NCBI GenBank assembly: GCA_965644315.1
Contig: CBFFRQ010000068.1
Coordinates: 124,001-188,000, forward strand
Source: Caecitellus pseudoparvulus
Taxonomy: Eukaryota; Protista; Bigyra: Bicosoecida
Length of the DNA stretch: 64,000 bases
Reading direction: 5' to 3'
Numbering within the stretch: the first letter of the stretch is position 1; each line of letters begins with the position of its first letter. Made by a program: the position numbers and the translations under genes. A model generated the notes under the pieces. It worked only from the letters and a program-made list of their open reading frames with translations. It ran no database searches and had not been told where the DNA came from. Below, one piece after another: positions 60,199 through 64,000 of the stretch.

Positions 60199-60827
60199 GC
60201 AGTGCAGCTTGGCGCGTGCTTGCTGCGGAAGTTGGTAGCGTTTCATGGCAACGCAGGACCTGGCGGGGCAGCGCACTCCTCCTGCCTCCAGGAAGCTGCC
60301 CAGCGTTTTGGCGTCGTACGTTGCCCGAACAGATTACTGTCTCAGTGCCTTTAGCACTGCTGCGCGTTGCTGTGCCTGGCTGGAGTGTGATGAGCGGAGC
60401 GGTGGTGACTGGCTCGCTCGACACTGCTCTCAAGGATGCGCTTTACCCGGCAGCGAGACTGCCAAGTTGCCTGGTGGTGCGCGGTCACATCGGCGTGGAC
60501 ACCAAGCTGCTGCGAATTTTGGAGTTTTGGCTCTCCTTCAGCTGCGGGGCGTTCTGAGGGACAGGACTCATCAGCCAGGCATGCCGGGCAACCGGTGCCA
60601 ATGACCACGAGGGGGGGGGGGGGGCATCAAAGTCGGACAGAACCATCTCGACAAGCAAGGCATTTAGCTTGATGTGATCCAACAGGAAGCAGGGTGGACG
60701 GCAGGACTCTCCGGGGTGATGTGGGGTCCTCCTGAACCCGGCTTGCTCCAGACCTGACTTGCGCCAGTGGTAGCGGCTGGACAAGACGTACGGCGAGGGT
60801 ATCGCTCATCCGCACAGAGACTGCACC

Positions 60828-63800
60828 ATGGATAGGTACAAGATCATAAAAACGATTGGGAAGGGCTCCTTTGGCAAAGCCCTTCTGGTGCAGCGCAAGA
60901 GCGACGGGGTAGGTGTGCATGCAGAGTTGGAAACGCTCGGTGCAAACAGCCGTTCAAGTGCCGCTCGGCCGCGCCTGATTCGCAGGAGAAGTTCGTGGTC
61001 AAAGAGATCCGCATGAACGCAATGAGCAGTAAGGAGCGAAAGGAGGCCGAGAATGAAGTCAAGGTCCTGCGTTCACTTCGGGTGGGTAGTGCTGCTGCAG
61101 GCTTGCCTGGTTTCACGTGCAGTGCACTTGGTCCCCCCGCTCCATGCAGCATCCAAACGTTGTGTCATACGTGGAGTCCTGGACAACACGCGGTGCCTTG
61201 TATATTTCCATGGAATTCTGCGACAAAGGGGACCTTGAGGGAATCGTGAAGGCACGGCGGGGGCGTCTGTTTTCAGAAGAGCGCATCCTGGACTGGTTCG
61301 TGCAGATGTGCCTGGGCCTGAAGCACATTCACGACCGCAAGATCCTGCACCGTGATCTGAAGACGGCCAACATTTTCGTGCTCTCCTCTGGCATGCTCAA
61401 AATCGGGGACTTTGGAATCGCCAAAGTTCTGGCCAACACTGGGGAGCTGGCCAAGACCGCCATTGGCACTCCGTACTACATGTCCCCAGAGTTGTGTCGA
61501 GAGCAACGGTACAACAACAAAAGTGACATTTGGAGTTTGGGGTGCATCTTGTACGAGTTGGCGTCCCTGCGGCACCCCTTCGAAGCTCGCAACATGCGAG
61601 GCCTTGTCCAGAAGATTCTCAGGGGGCAGTATGCGCCCCTCTCGCGCACGTACACACGGGGCCTGCGAGGCTTGGTTGCGGACATGTTGCAGCTCATTCC
61701 TCGGCGTCGACCAGGTGTCACCACTCTCCTGAAGCGTCCGATTCTGCAGGGCCGCATCCAGAATTTGATATCCGCGGCCCAGTTTCGCGAGGAGTTTTCA
61801 CACACCATCTTCCACGGCAAGCACGCTGTCAGGGACGCAGAGGCAATTCGCCAGGCTGCTCGTGCAGCTGCTGAGAAGATGGCTGGAGAAGGCGGCGCTG
61901 CGCCTGCTGCAGCGCCTGTCCCTGCGCCCGCTCCTGCACCTGCACCTGCACCTGCACCTGCACCTGCGGCTGGAGGGGTGTATTGGCGAGGGGCTCCCCA
62001 ACAGCAACCCGGAGCGTACCGACTGGGGTATCAACCCATGCCATTGGCAAAAGACAAGGGCCGACCTGCCGAGCCGCGCAGTTCCAGGCAGCCTTATGCC
62101 CGGCACGACTGGAGGTCTGGCGCAGGTGCCGCTGAAGCCCTGCAAGGCGGACACGCCAAGGCAGGGGGGGTGGACCCGCAGGCTGCGGCGCGGGCAGCTG
62201 CTGCAGACGCCCGCGCGAAGGCTGAGGCGCAAATCCGGGCCTTGGAGGCCGCACGCCGTGAAGCTGCCCAGCGACTGAAGGACGCCGCCCAAGCCAGGGA
62301 GCGAGCCCGTAGGCAAGCCATGGCGGAGGCCAAGGCCGCCGAGGCCAGGCGCGCCAAGGCAGCATCAAGGGAAGCACGTCGGCGAGCCGAAGCGCTGTCA
62401 GCACGCCGTGCGGCTGAGAAAGCTGCTCAGGCTCAAGCTGCAGAAGCGCTGCGACGTGCCAAGGCTGCAGCTGAAGCCCAGGCAGCTGCGCGCGCCCGCG
62501 TCGCTGAGCAGGAAGCGGCACACGCCAAGGCACGAGCTCGTGCAGCCGCAAAGCAGAGGGAACAGGAGCGGGCCGAAAAGGCAGCCGCGCGGGAGCGGGC
62601 AGCGGCGCGGGAGCGGGCAGCTGCCGAAGCTCGCAGGGCAGAAGCCGAGGCACGGCAGCGGGCGAAGGCGAAGGCCAGGGCGGCGGCTGGGGCCCGGCCG
62701 CGGAGTGGCGCTTCAGACCGTTCACGGCACAGCGCAGGGTCCAGGCCCAGCACCGGGGCCAGGTCCAGCCACTCGGACCCAACTGCACCGGCGCACAGCA
62801 AGCGCAGCGTGCAGTCCGCGGATCCCCAGGCGCGCCGTCGGGGATCCGGCGGGCGCCGAGTGGTGCACCTGCACGCCCAGGCGAAAGATGGTGCCCATGG
62901 CGTGCGTCGGGAAGACGGCCGGCTAATGCTGAACACCGCCGCTGCGCATGCTGCGAGGGACAAGCTGGCCTCTGACACAAGTGTGCTGAAGCGACAGGAG
63001 GTGTTGCAGCATGCAGGGACAGTGCAGCGCAACGTGCAAGGCGCGGTCGCCGCTGCCCTTCAGTCAGTAGCCGCTGCTCGGGGAGCAGCGCCTGCTCCAG
63101 CACCTGAACCCAGCACCGGGCGAAGCAGGGCTTCTCTCAGCCAGGCACATGTTGATGCCCGAGCGGCGCTGCGTGCGCGGGTCAGGGGAGCCATGGGAGG
63201 AGGCCAGCCACCTCCAGGCATGTCTGAGCACAAGCACAAGCGCGCGGCGAAATCGAAGGCCCCAGCTCCAGCTCCAGCCCCAGCCCCAGCTGTAGCTTCC
63301 CCCAGTGAACAAGCACGTGCTGAGCGTGCGAAGGCCCGCGAAGCTGCTCGAGCGGAGATGCGTCGGAAGATTGCAGCTGACCGCAAAGCCGCCAAAGGGT
63401 CCAAGTCACTGGCCGTCGTTTTCGAGCCTCGGGTAGTTGGAGCGGGGCGGGGTGATGATGCGGAGCGACCGCCCACTGTGGACTCTGATGTCCAAGGCGT
63501 GCATGCTGAAGGCTTCGGTGCTCCGCCAGTGTCAGCCCCCACAACTCCCGGTGGGCACAAGGTCCCGCAGTATGCCGCGCCTGAGTCCCCCGCTGTTCGC
63601 GCTGCGGCGGCTGTTGGCGAACTCCTGGCCTTTGGGGGTGAGGGCTTCGCGCCTGACAAGGCAGCGCAGGGGCATGGCGGACGGCGAGGCACTGCCTTCA
63701 CTGCACAGGCAACCAGTGCTGATTCTCCCCCAATCGAGGGCCGGCGCGTGCCAAAGGCAGGAGAGCTGGGCTCCGCCCCGACCACCGCAGAGCGTAGAGC

Positions 63801-64000
63801 AGCACGGGCTTCACAGCGCACCTCGCTAACTTCCCAGCGCCAAGAAGATGCCAAGCGGATCGCGGCACTGAAGGATGCCGGGCGCTCAGAGCTGGCGCCA
63901 TCCAGGCACGCCCTGCGCCGGGGGGCGTCGCCCCCCACCCTGTCAGTGCCACACGAAGGAGCGGGGGGCGGAAAAGAGCCTGGCAGTGACGGGGAAGGTG
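60828..64000 (+). CDS. NIMA-related Ser/Thr kinase (NEK1-like) with a long Ala/Arg/Pro-rich coiled-coil tail, 3' end outside the window; exons 60828-60908, 60986-61081, 61150->64000
   Basis: MDRYKIIKTIGKGSFGKALLV, VVKEI, ERKEAENEVKVL, HPNVVSYVES, ILDWFVQMCLGLKHIHDRKILHRDLKTANIF, DFGIAKVL, IGTPYYMSPE, YNNKSDIWSLGCILYEL and the NEK1-type tail motif EEFSHT. Two phase-0 GT..CAG introns. Confidence 0.93.
61921..61968 (+). repeat. (CCTGCA)n coding microsatellite giving a Pro-Ala linker in the NEK tail
   Basis: cctgcgcccgctcctgcacctgcacctgcacctgcacctgcacctgcg translates to PAPAPAPAPAPAPAPA. Confidence 0.85.

Noticed and set aside
60280-60820. Possible small spliced gene or G-quadruplex element (G14 run at 60611-60624) between the divergent orphan and NEK genes
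   Set aside because: No consistent exon chain or protein motif could be built, and a lone homopolymer is insufficient evidence.

Overview
Gene-dense, GC-rich eukaryotic DNA with short (61-88 nt) GT-AG introns. It is most consistent with a free-living protist; a stramenopile-like identity is inference. In order: (1) a minus-strand leishmanolysin/M8 metalloprotease fused to a complete CAP (SCP/PR-1) domain and a stalk of at least 76 x 12-aa Ser/Thr-rich repeats that runs off the left edge; (2) tRNA-Thr(AGT); (3) a compact fatty-acid cluster comprising a long-chain acyl-CoA synthetase, three paralogous FABP-like genes with identical exon structure, and peroxisomal trans-2-enoyl-CoA reductase (PTS1 = AKL); (4) mitochondrial t6A enzyme Qri7/OSGEPL1; (5) a ~1,936-aa possible ZFC3H1/Red1-like protein; (6) a ~5,117-aa protein with a degenerate CLU domain and TPR-like repeats; (7) head-to-head with it, a ~7,670-aa secreted or anchored giant with cadherin-like and ELWxxDGT repeats; (8) an unknown signal-peptide protein; (9) a NEK1-like kinase running off the right edge. 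The best candidate for an undescribed system is the LACS-FABP-FABP-PECR-FABP lipid-handling cluster, possibly coupled to the divergently transcribed M8-CAP surface protein. Exon boundaries and motif matches were read by eye and no database searches were run.
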